Shown here: positions 1 to 8,667 of the stretch, piece after piece
How positions within the stretch are numbered: position 1 is the stretch's first letter
Layout: every line of letters starts with the position of its first letter
DNA from: an archaeon
GTDB taxonomy: Archaea > Nanobdellota > Nanobdellia > Woesearchaeales > UBA9642
DNA: 64,000 nt
Direction of reading: 5' to 3'
Assembly: GCA_020057295.1 (NCBI GenBank)
Contig: JAGVGF010000003.1
Span: 160,001-224,000 of the forward strand
Notes under the pieces: model-generated
What the model was told of the DNA's origin: nothing
Databases searched by the model: none
What the model saw: only the letters and a program-made list of their open reading frames with translations
Position numbers and translations under genes: made by a program

Positions 1-292
1 CTTTCATGAAACTTTCATATAACTTCATTTCTGATGTGCTTATACTTCTTAGTTTTGTCATCTTTACAATAAGACTTTGTAATAATCCTATCTGTATATC
101 TTCATCTACATTTTTCCATTCGCGGGAAAGATTGAATTGAATAATGTTTTTACTGTATCTTATATTGCCATTATAATTATTGAAGTGGCCTGAATATTTT
201 AGTGAGATTCTTCTATTTTGTATTATTTCCTTGCTTGATAAGAATTCTATGCTCGTGACTGCTTTCAAAGCTATTTTGTCTATATTATCCAT
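1..292 (-). CDS. Partial CDS running off the window; N-terminus resembles archaeal SprT-like/M48-type metalloprotease family proteins
   Basis: ATG at 292-290 opens MDNIDKIALKAVTSIEF...YSGHFNNYNGNIRY...IQFNLSREWKNVDEDIQIGLLQSL with no stop before base 1. The family call is from recollection; the HExxH motif would lie outside the window. Confidence 0.6.
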   Translation of the reverse strand, partial: MDNIDKIALKAVTSIEFLSSKEIIQNRRISLKYSGHFNNYNGNIRYSKNIIQFNLSREWKNVDEDIQIGLLQSLIVKMTKLRSISTSEMKLYESFMK

Positions 293-392
293 ATTCAAGG
301 TTTATGTGAGATGTTTAATAAGTTTATGTATAAGATATTGTTCTTACTTGAAAGTGACTATAAATCGAAACATTTATATATAAGTTATACTT

Positions 393-411
393 ATTACTAC
401 TAAGTAGTAAT
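393..411. promoter_or_regulatory. Perfect inverted repeat ATTACTAC-taa-GTAGTAAT, probable operator
   Basis: 8-bp arms between TATA box TTTATATA (373-380) and the GGGGG RBS/ATG (432) of the PLP-enzyme/RHH operon. Confidence 0.55.
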
Positions 412-431
412 TATTTGATTTGGGGGTATAC

Positions 432-1562
432 ATGAATGATGTTTTAGAGAAGGAAAGAGTAATAGTTCAAGAAAAACCTTTTCAAAGAAATTGGACTCAC
501 GAATATTTAGATCAATTGCTAGATACATTACCACAAATTAATTCTCATAATCCATCTAATCCAGAATGGCGTGAAACACCATTAATAAAATTAGATCTTA
601 ACAATTACGGTTCTAAAAAGAGAAATGTAAGAGTTCTTGTAAAAAATGAGGCTGACAGAACAAGTAATCCTGAAGGTCTTCTAAAAAATAGAATGGCACA
701 CGAAGTTGAACCAGTATTTTATAGACATGTAGCAGAACATTTATGGAGACAAAAACTTAATGGACAGTTGCATTTAATTCCATTACCATTACAAACTATG
801 TGCACAGCAGGAAATGCCGGAATGGTTCTAGCAAAAGCTGCAGAAAAATATGGTTTACCTCCTGTAAAATTATTACTTGACATTCACACTCCTTCAAACA
901 TTCTTGAAGCATTAAAAAAATCAAGGGCAGATATTTATCTTGCACCCTTAGATAGAAATGTTTTCACAGGAAAAGATGAACCTTACAGCCCATTACAACT
1001 AAGAATTTTAACGAACAATAATACGGGATTTGATACGACTTCTTCACATTCACCGATTAATCCTTTCAAGGATTACTATGATTGGCATTGGCATGAAATA
1101 TTTAATAAGCAACCATCAAGAGTTTATGGTCCATTCGGTACAGGAGATTGGTTCTCAAATGGAATAACATGGCAGAGAGAAACAGTCTATAATGGAGAAA
1201 CACGTAAAGATCCAAGATTAACTGCAGATATTTCTAGAGTAACAGATATTAGTATACTTGCTGCAGAGCCTGAATTACAAACAAGTTTAGCAAGAAAACT
1301 TACAGGATTAAAACCTTTCTTATATTATACAGAGAACGATATTACAGCTATGAAATTATCACGCTTCACAGGAAAAGATACAGGAGTTTACAAAATAAGT
1401 GAAGATTATTTGAAAGAAGGATTCAACATATTAAGTCATGTTGTAGAAACTTCATATGACGGATCTTCAGGAATGGCACTTTTAGTCAAAGATTTTGATG
1501 AAGGAAAATTAAAACCTGGAGAAACATATATTGCAGTAAATACTGGGAGGGGACTAGTATGA
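432..1562 (+). CDS. Divergent PLP-dependent enzyme, fold type II (Trp synthase beta/Cys synthase/Thr synthase superfamily)
   Basis: ETPLIKL, VKNE..SNPEGLLKNR (Schiff-base Lys region), TAGNAG, PFGTG phosphate loop, C-terminal AVNTGRG. Start placed at ATG 432 after GGGGG. Confidence 0.8.
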   Translation: MNDVLEKERVIVQEKPFQRNWTHEYLDQLLDTLPQINSHNPSNPEWRETPLIKLDLNNYGSKKRNVRVLVKNEADRTSNPEGLLKNRMAHEVEPVFYRHVAEHLWRQKLNGQLHLIPLPLQTMCTAGNAGMVLAKAAEKYGLPPVKLLLDIHTPSNILEALKKSRADIYLAPLDRNVFTGKDEPYSPLQLRILTNNNTGFDTTSSHSPINPFKDYYDWHWHEIFNKQPSRVYGPFGTGDWFSNGITWQRETVYNGETRKDPRLTADISRVTDISILAAEPELQTSLARKLTGLKPFLYYTENDITAMKLSRFTGKDTGVYKISEDYLKEGFNILSHVVETSYDGSSGMALLVKDFDEGKLKPGETYIAVNTGRGLV

Positions 1563-1708
1563 AATACAAAGTCTGCATCTCAGTGGATGAAGAAACGTTA
1601 TTAAAAATCAGAGAACATATACGTAAAGGTAAATTCAGAAATAGATCTCACGCTTTCGAATACGCAATTTCTAAAGAATTCATAGCACAAGGTGATGCTC
1701 ATGAGTAA
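1559..1708 (+). CDS. 49-aa ribbon-helix-helix (CopG/Arc/MetJ-like) DNA-binding protein, absent from the ORF track
   Basis: MKYKVCISVDEETLLKIREHIRKGKFRNRSHAFEYAISKEFIAQGDAHE*: alternating beta-strand, helix, then F-x-N-R-S helix-B cap. ATGA overlap with the upstream stop and an 8-nt overlap with the downstream start. Confidence 0.8.
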   Translation: MKYKVCISVDEETLLKIREHIRKGKFRNRSHAFEYAISKEFIAQGDAHE

Positions 1709-3827
1709 ATCATTAAAAGTTTCACTACAAAAATTACTTGGTAGTAGAGCACACTATTCTTATTTGAGCGATGTTGTATTTCCAGAATTAGAACAACTAG
1801 TGGCTGATAATATTATTGTTCCTCAAGAATTACGTAAAATAAGAGAGAACGTCGAATCTAAAGGTGTTGGTATATTAAATCCTGAAGTATCTTTTAGATC
1901 AGACATAACACGTAATACTTATGAGGCTGATGGTTGGATTGCTGAAACAGTTAATGAACTTGCTCCAGGAGTAAATGTTTCACACATTATTAAGAAATGT
2001 TCATCTAAAGAAGATTTCAAACGTAGTGTTAGAACTTATAGATCACTCGAAAGTGCATTAAAAGATACTCCTTATCAAGGCAAAATTCCTAAACATTTTT
2101 ACGCTATAAAATCAAAAAAAATTATTGACGCGCCTTTTGTAAAGGGAAAAATACTTTCAAGAGAATTAGATGAAAGTTCACAAGAAGACAAAGAAGCGTA
2201 TCTAAAAGGATGTATTGCAGATTATATAGATTTTTACAAATTTTTGAATCAACCTGAAGTTTCTCAGAAATTAGATTTAGGGCAATTATCAGATTTTAAT
2301 GAATTTTTCTTCTTCAAGTATTCAAAGAGCGGACCATTATTCCAATTATATCAGAGGGATATCGGTAATGATCTGAATACCGTTGGTAAGAAAGTTATTC
2401 AAGGAGACTTAGTTCCAACTAACGTTCTACACGGTGCAGAAAATGCATCTGATTTTTCATATGTAGATTGGGGTAATGCAGTAAACAATGGATTTTTAGA
2501 ATTTGATATAGGATATTTATTAAAAAAATCTAAAGTAACTCCTGAAGTTGAAGAGAAATTAGCAAGATATGCTGCAGAATTAGCTTATGATACTTCTGAA
2601 GATAGAGAAAGATCATTTAAGATATATACAAAAAATATGATTACACAAGAATTATTATCTGCTAGAAGATATGTTGATAGATCAAAATCTAAGGATATAA
2701 TTGACTCGGATCAAAGAGTTTCTTTAGAGAATATGGCTTTAGTAAATTATAATCGTGCAGTTGCAAGAACAAGAACTGCTGTAAATCGTGGAATTGTTAG
2801 TCAAGAATTTTTGAATGCTTTAGTTGATCAACCTATCGATGGATTAAAAGTTGTAGAAAATTATGATCACTTACTAAAAGATTGGGATCCAGATGGGTCT
2901 ATGTCGCAAGACAATTTAGTTCCAAAAGATATTACAAAAGCAGAACAATATGATCCAAAAAAGAATTTGAAAGCTATAAAGAAAAGCATATTCCGTGAAA
3001 GATCCCGTTCATTGACTTATTCAGCCTTGAAAATATTTGCTGTAGTCAGCGCTCTAAGTATGGCTGGAGGAATAATCTATAATCAGAATAGGGAAACTGA
3101 AATGCTAAAGGAAGATGCTGAAAAGACAAGAATAAGTTATCTTCAAGATAACACCACAAATTTATACGAAAGTTTATTCAGACGTCAATTCGATCTGGTT
3201 TCGAGAAGATTTGCCGAGGGATACAAGCAACTTAGTTTTAGAGAGAACGACACGAGAATTGACAGTGTAGCAAAAAAATATCAACTTGATCCACAATTAA
3301 TAAGGAATATAATGAAGGTCAATAGAGTATATGCTGGATACACTACTTTGGCTAGTGACCAAACCCTTGATGTTGAGGGAATCAGTGTTGCTGATTGTAT
3401 ATCTATGGCTGACTCAATTAATGAAACGAGACGTATGAGTACGTTTTATTTGCGTGATAATGAGGTAGAATCACTTGATCCTGTCAAGAATCTTGAGGCC
3501 TGTGCGCAAAGATTAAGTAAATATTTTAAAGAAGAAAAAGAAAAAACACCTCTAGAATCTGTAGGTTCATATGAAATATATGTCACAGAGCTCAATAAGC
3601 GTGTCTTAACAAGATTTTTCTTTCCATTTACGGAGAAAAAAGAACTTAATGTTGGAGAAAAAAGTTATCACATGCCTTATGGAGATTTCAGCGAATTAGA
3701 AATGAAAGATATACGTGATAGGGTTGTTAGACAGTTAGTCTATAATGCGATGTATGGAATATCTCACGGCGCGGAGTTCGGGCATTTGTATAGTTCATCA
3801 TTAAAAACCCCTCCGGATAATTTTTAA
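1701..3827 (+). CDS. Membrane protein: APH/choline-kinase-like phosphotransferase domain, one TM helix, C-terminal degenerate SLT/lysozyme-like domain
   Basis: IQGDLVPTNV and VDWGNA (Brenner-like catalytic and metal motifs), FLEFDIGYLL; TM LTYSALKIFAVVSALSMAGGIIY (3012-3080); IDSVAKKYQLDPQLIRNIMKVN and LDPVKNLEACAQRL resemble SLT motifs. GGTGA RBS before ATG 1701. Confidence 0.65.
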   Translation: MSKSLKVSLQKLLGSRAHYSYLSDVVFPELEQLVADNIIVPQELRKIRENVESKGVGILNPEVSFRSDITRNTYEADGWIAETVNELAPGVNVSHIIKKCSSKEDFKRSVRTYRSLESALKDTPYQGKIPKHFYAIKSKKIIDAPFVKGKILSRELDESSQEDKEAYLKGCIADYIDFYKFLNQPEVSQKLDLGQLSDFNEFFFFKYSKSGPLFQLYQRDIGNDLNTVGKKVIQGDLVPTNVLHGAENASDFSYVDWGNAVNNGFLEFDIGYLLKKSKVTPEVEEKLARYAAELAYDTSEDRERSFKIYTKNMITQELLSARRYVDRSKSKDIIDSDQRVSLENMALVNYNRAVARTRTAVNRGIVSQEFLNALVDQPIDGLKVVENYDHLLKDWDPDGSMSQDNLVPKDITKAEQYDPKKNLKAIKKSIFRERSRSLTYSALKIFAVVSALSMAGGIIYNQNRETEMLKEDAEKTRISYLQDNTTNLYESLFRRQFDLVSRRFAEGYKQLSFRENDTRIDSVAKKYQLDPQLIRNIMKVNRVYAGYTTLASDQTLDVEGISVADCISMADSINETRRMSTFYLRDNEVESLDPVKNLEACAQRLSKYFKEEKEKTPLESVGSYEIYVTELNKRVLTRFFFPFTEKKELNVGEKSYHMPYGDFSELEMKDIRDRVVRQLVYNAMYGISHGAEFGHLYSSSLKTPPDNF

Positions 3828-4729
3828 TTAATATTCAGTAACTGTCCCATTATTTTTATGATATGTTCTGTGATAGTTTCAAAATGTTTTAATATTATTA
3901 TTTCGGAATTTTTTATTTTAGAATTTTCTAATTGTTTGTTTATTTCTTTTATTATTTTGTCTCTCTCTACAGCTATTTGTACAGCTTGATCGAAGTTGAA
4001 TTTTAGAAATAATTTTTGCATCTCTTTATTGTAACTATTTATATTTTGATATATTGAAATAAATTCTTTATTTAATTGCATATTGTTTTCTGTAATGTAT
4101 TTGTTTAGCTTTTTATATTCGTCCGCTATCTCTTCTATCAAAAACAATGCGCAATACAGTACTGCTGTTTTCTTATGATCTGAATGTCCCTTCTTGTTTA
4201 GTATTCTAAAACAATAGTCTGTGAATTTATTGATATTTTTTTCAATATCTGATGTGTATTCTAAGTCTGTATTTTTTTCTTGAATTGTTTTTAGGCTTTC
4301 ATCAGATAATGTGTTGAGTAGATATAATACTCTTTTTATTATATTTTCAAAATTGTCTTCTCCTGCGGATGCCATATCTTTGATTATTATTCTGTCTTTT
4401 CCTTGATCTATTATTTCTACTCCTATTAATTCGTCAACTCTTCGTTGTATGATTCTTGATTTATCTAGTGTATCAAATATTACTTCTATTTCATCATTGC
4501 CTTTTAGATATCTTGAAACTAAAATTCTTTTCATTAACTTATCATATTTTGATAGATCTATTATTTCTCTTACTACTGAGCCTTTTCCATCTGTTGTAAT
4601 TACTAAACTACTGTTTTCTTGTTCTACGTTTATCTCATCGCCAGGCTTCAAATTTGTTGTTTTGAACCATTTACTTGGTAGACTTATGACCATTGTTGCT
4701 GGTCCTAATTTCATTATTTTCCGCTTCAT
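3824..4729 (-). CDS. Archaeal AbrB-PhoU (phosphate-uptake-regulator family) transcription regulator
   Basis: N-terminal RKIMKLGPATMVISLPSKW...LKPGDEI AbrB domain; YLKGNDEI, LIGVEII, INKFTDYCFRILNK and IEEIADEY PhoU-like helices. Confidence 0.85.
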   Translation of the reverse strand: MKRKIMKLGPATMVISLPSKWFKTTNLKPGDEINVEQENSSLVITTDGKGSVVREIIDLSKYDKLMKRILVSRYLKGNDEIEVIFDTLDKSRIIQRRVDELIGVEIIDQGKDRIIIKDMASAGEDNFENIIKRVLYLLNTLSDESLKTIQEKNTDLEYTSDIEKNINKFTDYCFRILNKKGHSDHKKTAVLYCALFLIEEIADEYKKLNKYITENNMQLNKEFISIYQNINSYNKEMQKLFLKFNFDQAVQIAVERDKIIKEINKQLENSKIKNSEIIILKHFETITEHIIKIMGQLLNIN

Positions 4730-4771
4730 AACAATGGTTAAGCACAAATAATATATAAATATTTCGAATTT

Positions 4772-4797
4772 ATCTATATATCTATATACATATATAG
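4772..4797. promoter_or_regulatory. Candidate operator in divergent promoter (CTATATA-ca-TATATAG plus tandem TCTATATA)
   Basis: Perfect 7-bp inverted repeat 4782-4797 between the regulator and the liv operon. The region is very AT-rich, so chance occurrence is possible. Confidence 0.4.
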
Positions 4798-4967
4798 TAT
4801 ATATTAAAAAAATATATATAAGTGGTTGCTGTTTCTATATTAAACGTCACTACTACAAAGATACAACCATTGTTCGGGGGTAAAAACGTGTAGTGCCAAA
4901 TGGGGGATAGCAAACAAGACAGAAATGTCAAAAAACTATTTCTCAAAAAAATTCACATTAAAAAACT

Positions 4968-5079
4968 ACGGGGGAAAAATAAAATGAATAAAACAATAAT
5001 TGGAATGTTTAGTTTATTTTTAGTAGCTTTATTTATAGTTGGATGTACACAAACACCAACTGGACCAACAGGTCAAGTA
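4968..5079 (+). repeat. 112-bp direct repeat, copy 1 (RBS + signal peptide + lipobox + linker)
   Basis: About 5 mismatches against 6154-6265 by manual alignment. Confidence 0.95.
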
Positions 5080-6123
5080 ATAGATAATAGCAATATACAA
5101 ACAGCAACACCAACAGTAGCAAAACAAACAATAGTTATCGGTCAATCTGCAGTATTAACTGGCGATTTAGCAAGTTTAGGCCAAGGTGCGGCTAACTCAG
5201 CAGCATTAGCCTTATCAAAACTTCCAGCAGATACAAAATATAATTATAAAATAATTTTAGAAGATGATAGGCTTGACGGAAAAACAGCAGCATCTATTGC
5301 ACAAAAATTTGTAACATCAGATAATGTTGATGCAATCATAAGTTTCAGTTCAGGAATGGGTAATGTATTTAGTCCTATAACTGAATCTAATAAAATTATA
5401 CATTGTGGAATTGCATCAGATAAAGCAATTGCTAATGGAACATATAATTTCTTACATTGGACAACTCCAGAAGAAGAAAATAAAGTAATGATTAGAGAAT
5501 TGAAAGTACGTAATGTTACAAGAATAGGATTTCTAGCGATGAATCAGCAAGGAGCAATTGCAATATTAGATAATATTAGATTACAGGCTGAGCCTGTTGG
5601 AATAAAAGTTGAAAGTCAAATATACAATCCTGGAGAAAAAGATTTCAAGACTATATTATTGAAATTTCAGGAGCAAAATGTAGACTATATTGTACTACAG
5701 GCATTTAGTCCTGAACTAGAAATATTTGCAAAGCAGTACAAGGAATTAGACGTTAAAACACCAATGACCAGTATTGAATCTTTCGAGTTCAGTGATCAAC
5801 CACAATTATTCGAAGGATTATGGTATGTTCAATCAGCAGATGCAACTTCAGAGTTTAGAACTAATTACAAAGCAACATACGGTAAAGACTTCAAACCAGG
5901 ATCACCAAATGCTTACGATTGTGTAAATCTAATAGTTAAAGCATACGAAACTGCTGGAAACGGAAAAACAAAGCCAGCACAGGATGTTGTAGCAAAAGAA
6001 TTTGCTAAGATACAAAACTTTCCTGGAGCATTAGGACCACTAACTGTAGATCAAAATCATATCGTACAAAGTCATGCAGTCGTTAGAGTAATAACAAACG
6101 GAACACCAATAACAATCGACTAA
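4984..6123 (+). CDS. Liv-type ABC substrate-binding lipoprotein 1
   Basis: Signal with lipobox FIVG-C; IGQSAVLTGDLASLG, EDDRLD, KDFKTILLK, AYDCVNL, FPGALG (periplasmic binding protein type 1). Start at ATG 4984 after GGGGG. Confidence 0.9.
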   Translation: MNKTIIGMFSLFLVALFIVGCTQTPTGPTGQVIDNSNIQTATPTVAKQTIVIGQSAVLTGDLASLGQGAANSAALALSKLPADTKYNYKIILEDDRLDGKTAASIAQKFVTSDNVDAIISFSSGMGNVFSPITESNKIIHCGIASDKAIANGTYNFLHWTTPEEENKVMIRELKVRNVTRIGFLAMNQQGAIAILDNIRLQAEPVGIKVESQIYNPGEKDFKTILLKFQEQNVDYIVLQAFSPELEIFAKQYKELDVKTPMTSIESFEFSDQPQLFEGLWYVQSADATSEFRTNYKATYGKDFKPGSPNAYDCVNLIVKAYETAGNGKTKPAQDVVAKEFAKIQNFPGALGPLTVDQNHIVQSHAVVRVITNGTPITID

Positions 6124-6153
6124 ACATGGAATTTTTTTATATTAAATAATATA

Positions 6154-6265
6154 ACGGGGGAAAAATAAAATGAATAAAACAATAATTGGAATTTTTAGTT
6201 TATTTGTAGTTTGTTTATTTATAGTTGGATGTACACAAACACCAACTGGACCAACAGGTCAAGTA
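6154..6265 (+). repeat. 112-bp direct repeat, copy 2
   Basis: acgggggaaaaataaaatgaataaaacaataattggaat...ggaccaacaggtcaagta, shared with 4968-5079. Confidence 0.95.
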
Positions 6266-7324
6266 GTAACTAATACACAAGCAGTAAAGACTCAAGAACC
6301 AATCAAGTTCGGTATAATTATGCCATTGACTGGCGATGCAGCAAGCATAGGACAATCTGTAGTTAATGCAGTAAATTTAGCTGCTGAAGAGATCAATGCA
6401 AAAGGCGGCATTGATGGAAGAAAAGTAGTAATCCTAGCGGAAGATGGTAAATGTAATGGTAAAGATGCAGTAAACGCAATGAACAAATTAGTATCTGTGG
6501 ACAGTATACATTACATGATTGGTGCAGGATGCAGTTCAGAAACATTAGCAGTAGTACCCATTGCAGAAGCAAATAAAGTAGTAATGTTAAGTCCAGCAAG
6601 TTCAAACCCTTCGATAACTAATTCAGGAGATTATATATTTAGAGATTATCCTTCTGATTCGTTTGCAGGAGATTTCGCAGCAAAATACATATATGATGGT
6701 GGCGCAAGAACAGTTGCAATAGCATCTTGTCAAAGTGATTATTGTACTGCAATCGGAGATGTTTTCGCAAAGAAATTCAAGCAGCTTGGTGGAAAAGTAG
6801 TCTTTAATGAACAATTCCCAATGACGACAACAGATATGAAGACAATATTATCAAAGATAAAGGATGTAAATCCTGATATGATATATATGCCATCATACAC
6901 AGAATCAACAATACTAGCATTCAAGCAGGCTAAAGAATTAGGAATACCGTCCGACAAATTTTTCGGAGGAGATGCATGGGATGATCCAAAGATATGGACT
7001 AGCACAAGTGGATTTTCCGATGGTGCAAAATATACTTTAGTAGGAGCAGATGTTCCACAAGAATTCAAACAAAAATATGTTAACAAGTATGGTCCAGATA
7101 TGGCATTAACTTTAGGAGCAACTCAAGGTTATGATGCATTATACGTCTTCAAGAAAGTAATAGAACAAGCAGGAGACAATCCAGAAGCCGTAAAGACAGC
7201 ATTATACGATGTCCAAAACTATCATGGATATTCTGGAACAATAAGTTTTGACAGTAACGGAGACTTAAAGGAATCACAATATAGTGTGATGACTATAAAG
7301 AACGGAAAAGCTGTGAAAGAATAA
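6170..7324 (+). CDS. Liv-type ABC substrate-binding lipoprotein 2 (LivJ/LivK-like)
   Basis: PLTGDAASIG, EINAKGGIDG, EDGKC..GCSS Cys pair, YIFRDYPSD, GYSGTISFDSNGD. Confidence 0.93.
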   Translation: MNKTIIGIFSLFVVCLFIVGCTQTPTGPTGQVVTNTQAVKTQEPIKFGIIMPLTGDAASIGQSVVNAVNLAAEEINAKGGIDGRKVVILAEDGKCNGKDAVNAMNKLVSVDSIHYMIGAGCSSETLAVVPIAEANKVVMLSPASSNPSITNSGDYIFRDYPSDSFAGDFAAKYIYDGGARTVAIASCQSDYCTAIGDVFAKKFKQLGGKVVFNEQFPMTTTDMKTILSKIKDVNPDMIYMPSYTESTILAFKQAKELGIPSDKFFGGDAWDDPKIWTSTSGFSDGAKYTLVGADVPQEFKQKYVNKYGPDMALTLGATQGYDALYVFKKVIEQAGDNPEAVKTALYDVQNYHGYSGTISFDSNGDLKESQYSVMTIKNGKAVKE

Positions 7325-7398
7325 ATATTTTTATTTTTTTTATTTAGTATTACAATAATTATAATAGAAATGATAATAGATTTTTGGGGGAAATTAAA

Positions 7399-7914
7399 AT
7401 GACAAAGAATTATGAATTAACTGTTCAACCAGGATTGGTTGTTAGAGAAACATACACTGTAAAGTTTGATAAAATATCAAAACAACAGGCGCCACAAGTA
7501 GATGGTTCGTTCAAAGCACCTTATGTTGCAACTGTAGAAGTTCCATTAGGTGAAGAAGGCGTTTCAGTAATCTCAGATGGTAGCGAGTTTATTGCAGATT
7601 TCAGAAAAAGAGGTAATAACACACCAAAGAGAATATTGAATCTAGGCAAATTAGTCTATAAAATTATAGCTAGTGAATGTGGAGCAATATTCAGTAAGAC
7701 AGACAAGAGTGTAGTTTCATACACCGGATTGCCTGTAGAAGCCGAAGAAGCTGTAAAACGTGCTGAAGAAGATTTCAAGAAAGCATGGAGTGCATACAAC
7801 GATGCAAGATTCTTACCAGAAGAGCGAACAGTACTTACAAAAAGAGAAATGGTACGTGTAACTCCTAAAGGTATAGAAAGAGTTCCTGCAGAAACATTAG
7901 ACGATAAGATGTAA
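7399..7914 (+). CDS. Hypothetical cytoplasmic protein
   Basis: 171-aa ORF with GGGGG RBS, followed by a T-rich tract; no motif recognised. Confidence 0.75.
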   Translation: MTKNYELTVQPGLVVRETYTVKFDKISKQQAPQVDGSFKAPYVATVEVPLGEEGVSVISDGSEFIADFRKRGNNTPKRILNLGKLVYKIIASECGAIFSKTDKSVVSYTGLPVEAEEAVKRAEEDFKKAWSAYNDARFLPEERTVLTKREMVRVTPKGIERVPAETLDDKM

Positions 7915-7983
7915 TCTTATCAATTTTTTATTTTTTTATTTTTAATATTATAATCACAATCAAAAAATAATGTTGGGGAAAAC

Positions 7984-8655
7984 ATGAAAACACCTTACTA
8001 TCACAACTATATTCAAGCCGTGGATCATCCATTGCCTGAATTGAAAGAGACATTCGAAAGAGAGACAGGTCTCTTATTAACATATGTGATAGAAACTACA
8101 GAGGCAGGCTCTACAATTGTAGATTTAGGTTGCGGAATAGGAAGACCATTAATCGATTTAGCTTTTTCGTATGCAACAAGAGAATATTTTGGAATAGATA
8201 ACGATCCTAATATGATTCGAATAGCTAAAAGACGTAGAAACAGGGGAAATGTAAGATACAGAATTAATTTATCGACGCAAAATTTTTTGGAATCAAATAT
8301 AGATAGTGCTTTTTCAAATTTAACATATTCAACATATAATTCCATCGGTCATCTAACTGATATTGAAAAGGAATTATTGATTAAAGAAAAATCTAGAATA
8401 ACACGTTCGGAAGGACATGTTATTACTGTAACTTGGAATAGAGATGAAAGAACAACAGAATTTTTACAGAAATACTATCCACATATAGGATTAAAAATAA
8501 TCTATTCTAGCGAAAATGGGACTGTTACAGATCAAGGGTCTTTTGATAGAGTACATCCGAGCAGAATAATGGATTTGTATAAGAGATTTAACATAAAACC
8601 TGTAGATGTTCAAGATTTAGGTTTATGGACCGCAGTCATAGGAAGAAAACAATAG
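7984..8655 (+). CDS. Class I SAM-dependent methyltransferase
   Basis: IVDLGCGIGR motif I, GIDNDPNMIRIA, YNSIGHL. Confidence 0.88.
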   Translation: MKTPYYHNYIQAVDHPLPELKETFERETGLLLTYVIETTEAGSTIVDLGCGIGRPLIDLAFSYATREYFGIDNDPNMIRIAKRRRNRGNVRYRINLSTQNFLESNIDSAFSNLTYSTYNSIGHLTDIEKELLIKEKSRITRSEGHVITVTWNRDERTTEFLQKYYPHIGLKIIYSSENGTVTDQGSFDRVHPSRIMDLYKRFNIKPVDVQDLGLWTAVIGRKQ

Positions 8656-8667
8656 GAGGAAATTAAA

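Noticed and set aside
180-383. 67-aa plus-strand ORF
   Set aside because: Shadow of the minus-strand gene starting at 292 and of the promoter region.
4848-4895. CACTAC/GTAGTG pairing in the liv leader as a possible riboswitch or T-box
   Set aside because: Only 6 bp and no recognisable aptamer motifs.
4900-4983. N-terminal extension of SBP1 in the ORF track
   Set aside because: The true start is ATG 4984, shown by the RBS and the identical leader of SBP2.
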